64,000 bases of DNA from Chrysomallon squamiferum (Eukaryota > Animalia > Mollusca). Location: the NCBI GenBank assembly GCA_012295275.1, contig CM022671.1:26846001-26910000 (forward strand), written 5' to 3'. This document shows, in pieces, positions 26,635 to 39,230 of the stretch. Both the position numbers and the translations under genes were made by a program. Numbering within the stretch: position 1 is the stretch's first letter; every line of letters begins with the position of its first letter. The notes below the pieces were generated by a model that made no database searches, had not been told where the DNA came from, and was given only the letters and a program-made list of their open reading frames with translations.

Positions 26635-27440
26635 TGTTTATTGATGTATGATATTGTTTATCAGCATTTTAATTATAATTAATACAACATCACATCATTA
26701 TGTGTTTCACTGAGTCATAAAATGAGATGGATATTAACGATAAATGACAAAACAATTACAGTATTTTTACTTTATTATGATATATTTTATTTATTTACAT
26801 TCTTGACATTCACATTCATATTTTAAAGGTGCTTAATTTTCTATATTTTCTTTTACTCATTTTATTTATTCATTCTAAAATTAGTGATGTTACATTATTC
26901 ACGTTGTCTCTTTACGTGCCAACATTTTCTTATCACAATTACTTAATACTGACAACATACTTTAATAAAATGCGTTGAACACTTCATCTGACAAAAACAA
27001 CAACAGATAAAGGCTCATTGCTGTGATTACATAAATCAATGCTAATTCAAGTATAGATGGTATCCTCAAGTTTTATCCATACATTTCAATATACTGACGA
27101 AGACGGAATTCACGTCAGCCAAACCGTTTTTCTGTAATATATCCGTCACACTTCCGACTACAACTCGCTATTACCAGTGGAAGCTGCACCGAGACACCTT
27201 TAGTAAATAAATAGACAAATAAATAAACAGCCTGGAAACTGTTTACATATTACTTGATAATGAAATAGTGCGTGTGTACAAAATGTGAGTAAGCGTGTGC
27301 TTTACGTGTTTGCTGTAAACCATATAGCGATTTAAAAGATACCAAAACAGTTTAATAATATATAAGCGCAGAAACGCTCTCATAGCACTAGTACGTGAAA
27401 CTTGCACATTTATCTTTATCACTTAGCCTTACTGTCTTTT
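26635..27440. repeat. Diverged, internally deleted copy of the 3.3 kb unit at the left edge of the array
   Basis: 26635-27000 aligns by eye with 30495-30910 (TCAGCATTTTAATTATAATTAATACAACATCAC...). 27010-27440 aligns with 28090-28565 (GTATAGATGGTATCCT..., TTCACGTCAGCCAAACCG, GCGCAGAAACGCTCTCATAG) with deletions. Confidence 0.9.
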
Positions 27441-28639
27441 CCTATGTTCCTATTCTTTTTCTCATTTTCTTTATTCACTCTAAAAATAGTTCTGTTACAT
27501 AATTTACCTGTCCTCGGTTTCTTATAAGAATTATTTAGCACCGTTTCCATTCTTTCATTAAAATCCTGGACACATCATCTGAAAGAAACAATAGAAAATA
27601 AAAATAAAAAATATATATAAAAGAAGTAATATTTCAGAATCTATTTCCTTGCCATTCACATTCCACGATAAGTATAAAAAGACCAGGACTTCTCTCACTT
27701 TAGATTACATTTGAAGATTCTGACTCCAATTCAGCTCTTGAATCATTGCTATAGCAGCCTTGGCTGTCTAGAATGGATTCAGAATTACCTCAATTGTTCA
27801 TCAAAGGTCGACAAGATATTCTGTTTTAAACACACACACAGTCACACACGGACACACACAAACACACACCGACGTACACACACACAAACATATGTAAAGG
27901 AACCAAGTCGATACAATAAGCCTTGTGTGTGTAATTTTCTACAAATGGCTATGTTTGTGTGTGCACAAGTGATACATTCGCGTTGTCCGTTCTTAACTAG
28001 TTCACGTAACAAGTTACTTTATATGTCACTTCTGATATTAAAAATTAAAATAATATTGCTGTAATTATTTCCGATAGACTGCCTTTAAGGCTGATTGCTG
28101 GGATTAAATAAATAAATACTAATTATGTATAGATGGTATCCTTAAGTTTTATCCATACCTTTGAATATACTGACGAAGGCTTCTACTTTATACATCGGTT
28201 GTAACGGTAAATCATATGAACAATGTGCACGGCATTCACGTCAGCCAAACCGTTATTATGCAAACATATCCGTCACACTTCCGACTACAACACGCTATTA
28301 TCAGTGGCAGTTGCAGCGCGACACCTTTAGTAAATAAATAAATAAATAAATAAATAAACGGCCTGGAAACTGTTTACATATTACTTGATAATGAAATAGT
28401 GCGTGTATACAAAATGTGTGTAAGCGTGTGCTTTACGTGTTTGCTGTAAACCATATAGCGATTTAAAAGATACCAAAATAGTTTAATATATAAGCGCAGA
28501 AACGCTCTCATAGTACTAGTACGTGAAACTTGCACATTTATCTTTGTCACTGAGCCTCACTGTCTTTCCCTTCAATCTGTAAATAATTTTCTCTGTGTGT
28601 GCATACATAATAATGACGATTGAAATGAAAACAGAAATC

Positions 28640-28767
28640 CACGCCACCTTGCAACAACGTGGCGTCTGACGAAGATTTCCGATGTCCTTTGCTTCCGCTT
28701 TGTTCGGAAGCATATAAATATGACGTCAATCAATGCAATAACGTCACTCGCTGATCGCTAGGTAAGT
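28640..28767 (+). promoter_or_regulatory. Pol II promoter-like CpG island with short first exon and splice donor (present in all 7 full units)
   Basis: Inverted ETS-like cores CTTCCG/CGGAAG, TATAAA at 28713, TGACGTCA (CRE; TGACGTCG in units 2-5), Inr-like TCACT at 28744 and AG|GTAAGT at 28761/28762. CpG-rich within an AT-rich background. Confidence 0.55.
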
Positions 28768-29199
28768 GGAAGGTCGCGCATTTTGGAGAACTTGTAAAAT
28801 AATTTTGAAATATGCTGCTGAAATCGGACATCGTCGGTGAGTACGTAAAATTTAATTCCACTTTTACTCATTTTTCAGGTCATTTGTCAATTTGGTATGA
28901 AGACTCAGCGACTGGGTATTCCGAAAACAAATCTGTGGTTCTTGATCGGAAATTAATATTCGAAATTGGCATTTATCAAACTGGGCATTTTTTTCACAAT
29001 CCGATCTAGATTACTTTGGGGAACCGTCTAAATTAGCGTCCAATTCAATTAATTTTTTTTATCATTATTCTAACATTTCGGCTGACGCTTCTAAATTTAA
29101 TACATTTTTAGATTTGAATAATTATTTATAATAGTGTACGACACAAAACACTTGTCTTTTATTAATGTAGAGTAGGAGTAGTTAAGAAATAGAAAGAAA

Positions 29200-29201
29200 C
29201 A

Positions 29202-29261
<60 letters not shown>

Positions 29262-29545
29262 CAAACAAGAAGAAACAGAAACCAATAAGAAACAGAAGAA
29301 AGAAAAGAAGAAAGAAGAAAAAGAGGAACAAGAACAAGAAGAAAAGAAGAAAGAAGAAAAAGAGGAACAAGAACAAGAAGAAAAGAAGAAAGAAGAAAAA
29401 GAGGAAAAGAAGAAAGAAGAAAAACAAGAGAACAAGAACAAGAAGGAAGAGAAGAACAGCAGCCAAGGAAAAAGAAAACAAACACAACAATCTCTCCACC
29501 TATCTCTCTTTTCTCCCCTCCCTCTTCTCTCTCTCTCTCTCACAC
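29200..29545. repeat. Compound (CA)n + GA-rich 39-bp subrepeat + (CT)n tract in each unit
   Basis: GAAAAGAAGAAAGAAGAAAAAGAGGAACAAGAACAAGAA occurs twice in units 1-4, three times in unit 7, and is reduced in units 5-6. Confidence 0.9.
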
Positions 29546-29619
29546 AAATCCTGTAAACATTATTTGAATTAAACATATTTTTAAAATCATCCTGTCTTCG
29601 TTTTTTGGCTCAGTAGATA

Positions 29620-30080
29620 ATTGTTTTTGTTTTTACCACTAACTCTACTAACACTTTTGTAAACTTTAAATACGATGAAATGAAATAAAAATGCTTTTTA
29701 GAACCATTTTGTTGTTTGTTTTTACTATTTTCTGTAAATAATTTTTGTATTATTAAATGAAATAAAATGATTTGTAAAGTTAATGTGTTTGTTTTTACTA
29801 TTTTCTGTAAACAATTAATTATTAAACGAAATAAAGCGGTTTTAAAAATGATTGTGTTTGTTTTTACTATTTTCTGTAAACAAATAACCATTAAATGAAA
29901 TAAATATGATTTTTTTTAGAGCATTGTGTTTGTTGTTTCTTTTTAATATTTTCTGTAAACAATCATTAAATGAAATAAAAACGATTTTAAAAATACTTTT
30001 TGTTTGTTTTTACTATTTTCTGTAACAAAATAATTGAAATAAAATGATTTTAAAACGACACCGTGTTTGTTTTCTTTAAG
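29620..30080. repeat. ~70-bp minisatellite nested in each 3.3 kb unit (5-6 degenerate copies)
   Basis: GTTTGTTTTTACTATTTTCTGTAAA...ATTAAATGAAATAAA at ~29714, 29786, 29856, 29928 and 30002; repeated in every unit. Confidence 0.9.
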
Positions 30081-30307
30081 AATAATGATATTTTTTACTA
30101 ACAATACTAACATTAGAAGTAGTTTAGGTAGTAGGTTCTTATTATAATTTTTGATCTGCGTTATGTGTCGTATGCTATTGAAAGAAAATCAAAATCCTTA
30201 TTAATTATTCCTCACCATTCTAAATTATTATTATTATTATTATTATTAAAAGTGCTTTTTATTATTTAAATAAACTGTACCTTAAATGCAGCGACAGTGA
30301 GTCACCT

Positions 30308-30394
30308 GGTGAGTGATGACACCCCCACCTCAGAGTGGCTAATACGGGGTTGCTCGTACTTGAAAAAATGAGCTATCCTGGGGGACTGTTCACC
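30308..30394 (+). ncRNA. Box C/D snoRNA-like element, unit 1
   Basis: Terminal stem GGTGA/TCACC, box C GTGATGA at 30313, D-like CTGT at 30386. It is preceded by AGCTATCCTGGGGGA, complementary (one G.U) to conserved 28S UCCCUCAGGAUAGCU (recalled sequence). Confidence 0.45.
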
Positions 30395-32532
30395 TTAGGT
30401 ACAGAACACAAAATATCGGTGTTAAATTTCATTTCAAAATATCTAAAGTATGTTTAAAAATATGATAACCTAACTATAAACAAATAAATTCTGTGTGTTT
30501 ATTGATGGATCATATTCTTTCTCAGCATTTTAATTATAATTAATACAACATCACCTCATTATGTGTTTCACTGATTCATAAAACCATATGAATAATAACG
30601 ATAAATGACCAAACAACTAAATTGTCTGGATATTTTGCTAATTTTTATTTTTGTTTTATTTTTAATTTGAAAAAACAACAAAAAAATGTATTTGTCTTCT
30701 TGACATTTCCATTTACTCTCAGTATTTTTGTTTTTTCTACTGTGTGACATTTTCAAATTTTATGGTTTTCACATTCTTTTTCTCATTTTCTTTATTCACT
30801 CTAAAAATAGTTCTGTCACATAATTTACCTGTCCTCGGTTTCTTATAAGAATTATTTAGCACCGTTTCCATTCTTTCATTAATATGCTGGACACATCATC
30901 TGAAAGAAACAATAGAAAAAAAAAAATATATATATATATAAAAGAAGTAATATTTCAGAATCTATTTACTTGCCATTCAGATTCCACGATAAGTATAAAA
31001 TGACTATGAGATCTCTCACTTTAGATTACATTTGAAGATTCTGACTCCAATTCAGCTCTTGAATCATTGCTATAGCAGCCTTGGCTGTCTAGAATGGATT
31101 CAGAATTACCTCAATTGTTCATCAAAGGTCGACAAGATATTCTGTTTTAAACACACACACAGTCACAGACGGACACACACACAAACACACACCGACGTAC
31201 ACACACACAAACATATGTAAAGGAAGCAAGTCGATACAATAAGCCTTGTGTGTGTAATTTTCCGCAAATGGCTATGTTTGTGTGTGCACAAGTGATATAT
31301 TCACGTTGTACGTTCTTAACTAGTTCAAGTAACAAGTTACTTTATATGTCACTTCTGATATTAAACATTAAAATAATATTGCTGTAATTATTTCCGATAG
31401 ACTGCCTTTAAGGCTGGTTGCTGGGATTAAATAAATAAATGCTAATTATGTATAGATGGTATCCTTAACTTTTATCCATACCTTTGAATATACTGACGAA
31501 GGCTTCTACTTTATACATCGGTTGTAACCGTAAATCATATGAACAATGTGCACGGCATTCACGTCAGCCAAACCGTTATTATGCAAACATATCCGTCACA
31601 CTTCCGACTACAACTCGCTATTATCAGTGGCAGTTGCAGCGCGACACCTTTAGTAAATAAATAAAAAAATAAAAAAATAAATAAACAGCCTGGAAACTGT
31701 TTACATATTACTTGATAATGAAATAGTGCGTGTATAGAAAATGTGTGTAAGCGTGTGCTTTACGTGTTTGCTGTAAACCATATAGCGATTTAAAAGATAC
31801 CAAAATAGATTAATATATAAGCGCAGAAACGCTCTCATAGTACTAGTACGTGAAACTTGCACATTTATCTTTGTCACTGAGCCTCACTGTCTTTCCCTTC
31901 AATCTGTAAATAATTTTTTCTGTGTGTGCATACATAATAATGACGATTGAAATGAAAACAGAAATCCACGCCACCTTGCAACAACGTGGCGTCTGACGAA
32001 GATTTCCGATGTCGTTTGCTTCCGCTTTGTTCGGAAGTATATAAATATGACGTCGATCAATGCAACAACGTCACTCGCTGATCGCTAGGTAAGTGGAAGG
32101 TCGCGCATTTTGGAGAACTTGTAAAATAATTTTGAAATATGCTGCTGAAATCGGACATCGTCGGTGAGTACGTAAAATTAAATTCCACTTTTACTCATTT
32201 TTCAGGTCATTTGTCAATTTGGTATGAAGTCTCAGCGACTGGGTATTCCGAAAACAAATCTGTGGTTCTTGATCGGAAATTAATATTCGAAATTGGCATT
32301 TATCAAACTGGGCATTAAGGGTTTTTTTCACAATCCGATCTAGATTACTTTGGGGAACCGTCTAAATTAGCGTCCAATTCAATTAATTTTTATCATTATT
32401 CTAACATTTCGGCTGACGCTTCTAAATTTAATACATTTTTAGATTTGAATAATTATTTATAATAGTGTACGACACAAAACACTTGTCTTTTATGTAATTA
32501 GTAGAGTAGGAGTAGTTAAGAAATAGAAAAGA

Positions 32533-32588
<56 letters not shown>

Positions 32589-33547
32589 CAAACAAGAAGA
32601 AACAGCAAGACCAGACGAAAGAAGAAAGAAAAGAAGAAAGAAGAAAAAGAGGAACAAGAACAAGAAGAAAAGAAGAAAGAAGAAAAAGAGGAACAAGAAC
32701 AAGAAGAAAAGAAGAAAGAAGAAAAAGAGGAAAAGAAGAAAGAAGAAAAACAAGAGAACAAGAACAAGAAGGAAGAGAAGAACAGCAGCCAAGGAAAAAG
32801 AAAACAAACACAACAATCTCTCCACCTGTCTCTCTTTCTCTCCCTCTTTCTCTCTCTCTCTCTCACACAAATTCTGTAAACATTATTTGAATTAAACATA
32901 TTTTTAAAATCATCCTGTCTTCGTTTTTTGGCTCAGTAGATAATTGTTTTTGTTTTTACCACTAACTCTACTAACACTTTTGTAAACTTTAAATACGATG
33001 AAATGAAATAAAAATGCTTTTTAGAACCATTTTGTTGTTTGTTTTTACTATTTTCTGTAAATAATTTTTGTATTATTAAATGAAATAAAATGATTTGTAA
33101 AGTTAATGTGTTTGTTTTTACTATTTTCTGTAAACAATTAATTATTAAACGAAATAAAGCGGTTTTAAAAATGATTGTGTTTGTTTTTACTATTTTCTGT
33201 AAACAAATAACCATTAAATGAAATAAATATGATTTTTTTTAGAGCATTGTGTTTGTTGTTTCTTTTTAATATTTTCTGTAAACAATCATTAAATGAAATA
33301 AAAACGATTTTAAAAATACTTTTTGTTTGTTTTTACTATTTTCTGTAACAAAATAATTGAAATAAAAATGATTTTAAAACGACACCGTGTTTGTTTTCTT
33401 TAAGAATAATGATATTTTTTACTAACAATACTAACATTAGAAGTAGTTTAGGTAGTAGGTTCTTATTATAATTTTTGATCTGCGTTATGTGTCGTATGCT
33501 ATTGAAAGAAAATCAAAATCCTTATTAATTATTCCTCACCATTCTAA

Positions 33548-33579
<32 letters not shown>

Positions 33580-33637
33580 AAGTGCTTTTTATTATTTAAA
33601 TAAACTGTACCTTAAATGCAGCGACAGTGAGTCACCT

Positions 33638-33722
33638 GGTGAGTGATGACACCCCCACCTCAGAGTGGCTAATACGGGGTTGCTCGTACTTGAAAATGAG
33701 CTATCCTGGGGGACTGTTCACC
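33638..33722 (+). ncRNA. Box C/D snoRNA-like element, unit 2
   Basis: Same as unit 1, with A4 instead of A6 in the internal A run. Confidence 0.45.
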
Positions 33723-34981
33723 TTAGGTACAGAACACAAAATATCGGTGTTAAATTTCATTTCAAAATATCTAAAGTATGTTTAAAAATATGATAACCTA
33801 ACTATAAACAAATAAATTCTGTGTGTTTATTGATGGATCATATTCTTTCTCAGCATTTTAATTATAATTAATACAACATCACCTCATTATGTGTTTCACT
33901 GATTCATAAAACCATATGAATAATAACGATAAATGACCAAACAACTAAATTGTCTGGATATTTTGCTAATTTTTATTTTTGTTTAATTTTTAATTTTAAA
34001 AAAACAACAAAAAAATGTATGTGTCTTCTTGACATTTCCATTTACTCTCAGTATTTTTGTTTCTTCTACTGTGTGACATTTTCAAATTTTACGGTTTTCA
34101 CATTCTTTTTCTCATTTTCTTTATTCACTCTAAAAATAGTTCTGTCACATAATTTACCTGTCCTCGGTTTCTTATAAGAATTATTTAGCACCGTTTCCAT
34201 TCTTTCATTAATATGCTGGACACATCATCTGAAAGAAACAATAGAAAATAAAAATAATATATATATATATAAAAGAAGTAATATTTCAGAATCTATTTAC
34301 TTGCCATTCAGATTCCACGATAAGTATAAAATGACTATGAGATCTCTCACTTTAGATTACATTTGAAGATTCTGACTCCAATTCAGCTCTTGAATCATTG
34401 CTATAGCAGCCTTGGCTGTCTAGAATGGATTCAGAATTACCTCAATTGTTCATCAAAGGTCGACAAGATATTCTGTTTTAAACACACACACAGTCACACA
34501 CGGACACACACACAAACACACACCGACGTACACACACACAAACATATGTAAAGGAAGCAAGTCGATACAATAAGCCTTGTGTGTGTAATTTTCTGCAAAT
34601 GGCTATGTTTGTGTGTGCACAAGTGATACATTCACGTTGTACGTTCTTAACTAGTTCAAGTAACAAGTTACTTTATATGTCACTTCTGATATTAAACATT
34701 AAAATAATATTGCTGTAATTATTTCCGATAGACTGCCTTTAAGGCTGGTTGCTGGGATTAAATAAATAAATGCTAATTATGTATAGATGGTATCCTTAAC
34801 TTTTATCCATACCTTTGAATATACTGACGAAGGCTTCTACTTTATACATCGGTTGTAACCGTAAATCATATGAACAATGTGCACGGCATTCACGTCAGCC
34901 AAACCGTTATTATGCAAACATATCCGTCACACTTCCGACTACAACTCGCTATTATCAGTGGCAGTTGCAGCGCGACACCTT

Positions 34982-35013
<32 letters not shown>

Positions 35014-35858
35014 ACAGCCTGGAAACTGTTTACATATTACTTGATAATGAAATAGTGCGTGTATACAAAGTGTGTGTAAGCGTGTGCTTTACGTGTTTGC
35101 TGTAAACCATATAGCGATTTAAAAGATACCCAAATAGATTAATATATAAGCGCAGAAACGCTCTCATAGTACTAGTACGTGAAACTTGCACATTTATCTT
35201 TGTCACTGAGCCTCACTGTCTTTCCCTTCAATCTGTAAATAATTTTCTCTGTGTGTGCATACATAATAATGACGATTGAAATGAAAACAGAAATCCACGC
35301 CACCTTGCAACAACATGGCGTCTGACGAAGATTTCCGATGTCGTTTGCTTCCGCTTTGTTCGGAAGTATATAAATATGACGTCGATCAATGCAACAACGT
35401 CACTCGCTGATCGCTAGGTAAGTGGAAGGTCGCGCATTTTGGAGAACTTGTAAAATAATTTTGAAATATGCTGCTGAAATCGGACATCGTCGGTGAGTAC
35501 GTAAAATTTAATTCCACTTTTACTCATTTTTCAGGTCATTTGTCAATTTGGTATGAAGACTCAGCGACTGGGTATTCCGAAAACAAATCTGTGGTTCTTG
35601 ATCGGAAATTAATATTCGAAATTGGCATTCATCAAACTGGGCATTAAGGGTTTTTTCACAATCCGATCTAGATTACTTTGGGGAACCGTCTAAATTAGCG
35701 TCCAATTCAATTAATTTTTATCATTATTCTAACATTTCGGCTGACGCTTCTAAATTTAATACATTTTAGATTTGAATAATTATTTATAATAGTGTACGAC
35801 ACAAAACACTTGTCTTTTATGTAATTAGTAGAGTAGGAGTAGTTAAGAAATAGAAAGA

Positions 35859-35910
<52 letters not shown>

Positions 35911-36871
35911 CAAACAAGAAGAAACAGCAAGACCAGACGAAAGAAGAAAGAAAAGAAGAAAGAAGAAAAAGAGGAACAAGAACAAGAAGAAAAGAAGAAA
36001 GAAGAAAAAGAGGAACAAGAACAAGAAGAAAAGAAGAAAGAAGAAAAAGAGGAAAAGAAGAAAGAAGAAAAACAAGAGAACAAGAACAAGAAGGAAGAGA
36101 AGAACAGCAGCCAAGGAAAAAGAAAACAAACACAACAATCTCTCCACCTGTCTCTCTTTCTCTCCCTCTTTCTCTCTCTCTCTCTCTCACACAAATTCTG
36201 TAAACATTATTTGAATTAAACATATTTTTAAAATCATCCTGTCTTCGTTTTTGGCTCAGTAGATAATTGTTTTTTTGTTTTTACCACTAACTCTACTAAC
36301 ACTTTTGTAAACTTTAAATACGATGAAATGAAATAAAAATGCTTTTTAGAACCATTTTGTTGTTTGTTTTTACTATTTTCTGTAAATAATTTTTGTATTA
36401 TTAAATGAAATAAAATGATTTGTAAAGTTAATGTGTTTGTTTTTACTATTTTCTGTAAACAATTAATTATTAAACGAAATAAAGCGGTTTTAAAATGATT
36501 GTGTTTGTTTTTTACTATTTTCTGTAAACAAATAACCATTAAATGAAATAAATATGATTTTTTTTAGAGCATTGTGTTTGTTGTTTCTTTTTAATATTTT
36601 CTGTAAACAATCATTAAATGAAATAAAAACGATTTTAAAAATACTTTTTGTTTGTTTTTACTATTTTCTGTAACAAAATAATTGAAATAAAATGATTTTA
36701 AAACGACACCGTGTTTGTTTTCTTTAAGAATAATGATATTTTTTACTAACAGTACTAACATTAGAAGTAGTTTAGGTAGTAGGTTCTTATTATAATTTTT
36801 GATCTGCGTTATGTGTCGTATGCTATTGAAAGAAAATCAAAATCCTTATTAATTATTCCTCACCATTCTAA

Positions 36872-36906
<35 letters not shown>

Positions 36907-36964
36907 AAGTGCTTTTTATTATTTAAATAAACTGTACCTTAAATGCAGCGACAGTGAGTCACCT

Positions 36965-37049
36965 GGTGAGTGATGACACCCCCACCTCAGAGTGGCTAAT
37001 ACGGGGTTGCTCGTACTTGAAAATGAGCTATCCTGGGGGACTGTTCACC
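36965..37049 (+). ncRNA. Box C/D snoRNA-like element, unit 3
   Basis: Identical to the unit 2 element. Confidence 0.45.
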
Positions 37050-39176
37050 TTAGGTACAGAACACAAAATATCGGTGTTAAATTTCATTTCAAAATATCTA
37101 AAGTATGTTTAAAAATATGATAACCTAACTATAAACAAATAAATTCTGTGTGTTTATTGATGGATCATATTCTTTCTCAGCATTTTAATTATAATTAATA
37201 CAACATCACCTCATTATGTGTTTCACTGATTCATAAAACCATATGAATAATAACGATAAATGACCAAACAACTAAATTGTCTGGATATTTTGCTAATTTT
37301 TATTTTTGTTTAATTTTTAATTTTAAAAAACAACAAAAAATGTATGTGTCTTCTTGACATTTCCATTTACTCTCAGTATTTTTGTTTCTTCTACTGTGTG
37401 ACATTTTCAAATTTTACGGTTTTCACATTCTTTTTCTCATTTTCTTTATTCACTCTAAAAAATAGTTCTGTCACATAATTTACCTGTCCTCGGTTTCTTA
37501 TAAGAATTATTTAGCACCGTTTCCATTCTTTCATTAATATGCTGGACACATCATCTGAAAGAAACAATAGAAAAAAAAAAAAATATATATATATAAAAGA
37601 AGTAATATTTCAGAATCTATTTACTTGCCATTCAGATTCCACGATAAGTATAAAATGACTATGAGATCTCTCACTTTAGATTACATTTGAAGATTCTGAC
37701 TCCAATTCAGCTCTTGAATCATTGCTATAGCAGCCTTGGCTGTCTAGAATGGATTCAGAATTACCTCAATTGTTCATCAAAGGTCGACAAGATATTCTGT
37801 TTTAAACACACACACGGACACACACACAAACACACACCGACGTACACACACACAAACATATGTAAAGGAAGCAAGTCGATACAATAAGCCTTGTGTGTGT
37901 AATTTTCTGCAAATGGCTATGTTTGTGTGTGCACAAGTGATACATTCACGTTGTACGTTCTTAACTAGTTCAAGTAACAAGTTACTTTATATGTCACTTC
38001 TGATATTAAACATTAAAATAATATTGCTGTAATTATTTCCGATAGACTGCCTTTAAGGCTGGTTGCTGGGATTAAATAAATAAATGCTAATTATGTATAG
38101 ATGGTATCCTTAACTTTTATCCATACCTTTGAATATACTGACGAAGGCTTCTACTTTATACATCGGTTGTAACCGTAAATCATATGAACAATGTGCACGG
38201 CATTCACGTCAGCCAAACCGTTATTATGCAAACATATCCGTCACACTTCCGACTACAACTCGCTATTATCAGTGGCAGTTGCAGCGCGACACCTTTAGTA
38301 AATAAATAAATAAATAAATAAATAAACAGCCTGGAAACTGTTTACATATTACTTGATAATGAAATAGTGCGTGTATACAAAGTGTGTGTAAGCGTGTGCT
38401 TTACGTGTTTGCTGTAAACCATATAGCGATTTAAAAGATACCCAAATAGATTAATATATAAGCGCAGAAACGCTCTCATAGTACTAGTACGTGAAACTTG
38501 CACATTTATCTTTGTCACTGAGCCTCACTGTCTTTCCCTTCAATCTGTAAATAATTTTCTCTGTGTGTGCATACATAATAATGACGATTGAAATGAAAAC
38601 AGAAATCCACGCCACCTTGCAACAACATGGCGTCTGACGAAGATTTCCGATGTCGTTTGCTTCCGCTTTGTTCGGAAGTATATAAATATGACGTCGATCA
38701 ATGCAACAACGTCACTCGCTGATCGCTAGGTAAGTGGAAGGTCGCGCATTTTGGAGAACTTGTAAAATAATTTTGAAATATGCTGCTGAAATCGGACATC
38801 GTCGGTGAGTACGTAAAATTTAATTCCACTTTTACTCATTTTTCAGGTCATTTGTCAATTTGGTATGAAGACTCAGCGACTGGGTATTCCGAAAACAAAT
38901 CTGTGGTTCTTGATCGGAAATTAATATTCGAAATTGGCATTCATCAAACTGGGCATTAAGGGTTTTTTTCACAATCCGATCTAGATTACTTTGGGGAACC
39001 GTCTAAATTAGCGTCCAATTCAATTAATTTTTATCATTATTCTAACATTTCGGCTGACGCTTCTAAATTTAATACATTTTTAGATTTGAATAATTATTTA
39101 TAATAGTGTACGACACAAAACACTTGTCTTTTATGTAATTAGTAGAGTAGGAGTAGTTAAGAAATAGAAAGAAACA

Positions 39177-39230
<54 letters not shown>

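Noticed and set aside
27711-28064. Recurring MKILTPIQLL... ORF in each unit
   Set aside because: It has a TTG start, runs into (CA)n, its length and frame vary between copies, and it has no recognisable domain.
28302-28311. CAGTGGCAGT match to the U4 snRNA 5' region
   Set aside because: Only 10 nt, with no other U4 features.
28645-28710. Hairpin ACGCCAC/GTGGCGT directly followed by CTGACGA, resembling a type III hammerhead ribozyme
   Set aside because: No stem II followed by GAAA, and the cleavage triplet would be UCC rather than NUH. Better explained as promoter motifs.
29256-29500. GA-rich tract translating as a protamine-like K/R-rich peptide (plus) or F/S/L-rich ORFs (minus)
   Set aside because: This is the expected translation of GAA-type low-complexity DNA. 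There is no start codon or acceptor, and it is flanked by variable microsatellites.
29620-30080. Regularly spaced 25-bp conserved motif resembling a CRISPR array
   Set aside because: The spacers are homologous to each other, the context is eukaryotic and there are no cas genes; it is a minisatellite.
30308-30394. SECIS, twister or HDV-like ribozyme readings of the structured island
   Set aside because: No apical AAR at SECIS spacing, no twister L4 or GAG motifs, and no HDV P1 partner.
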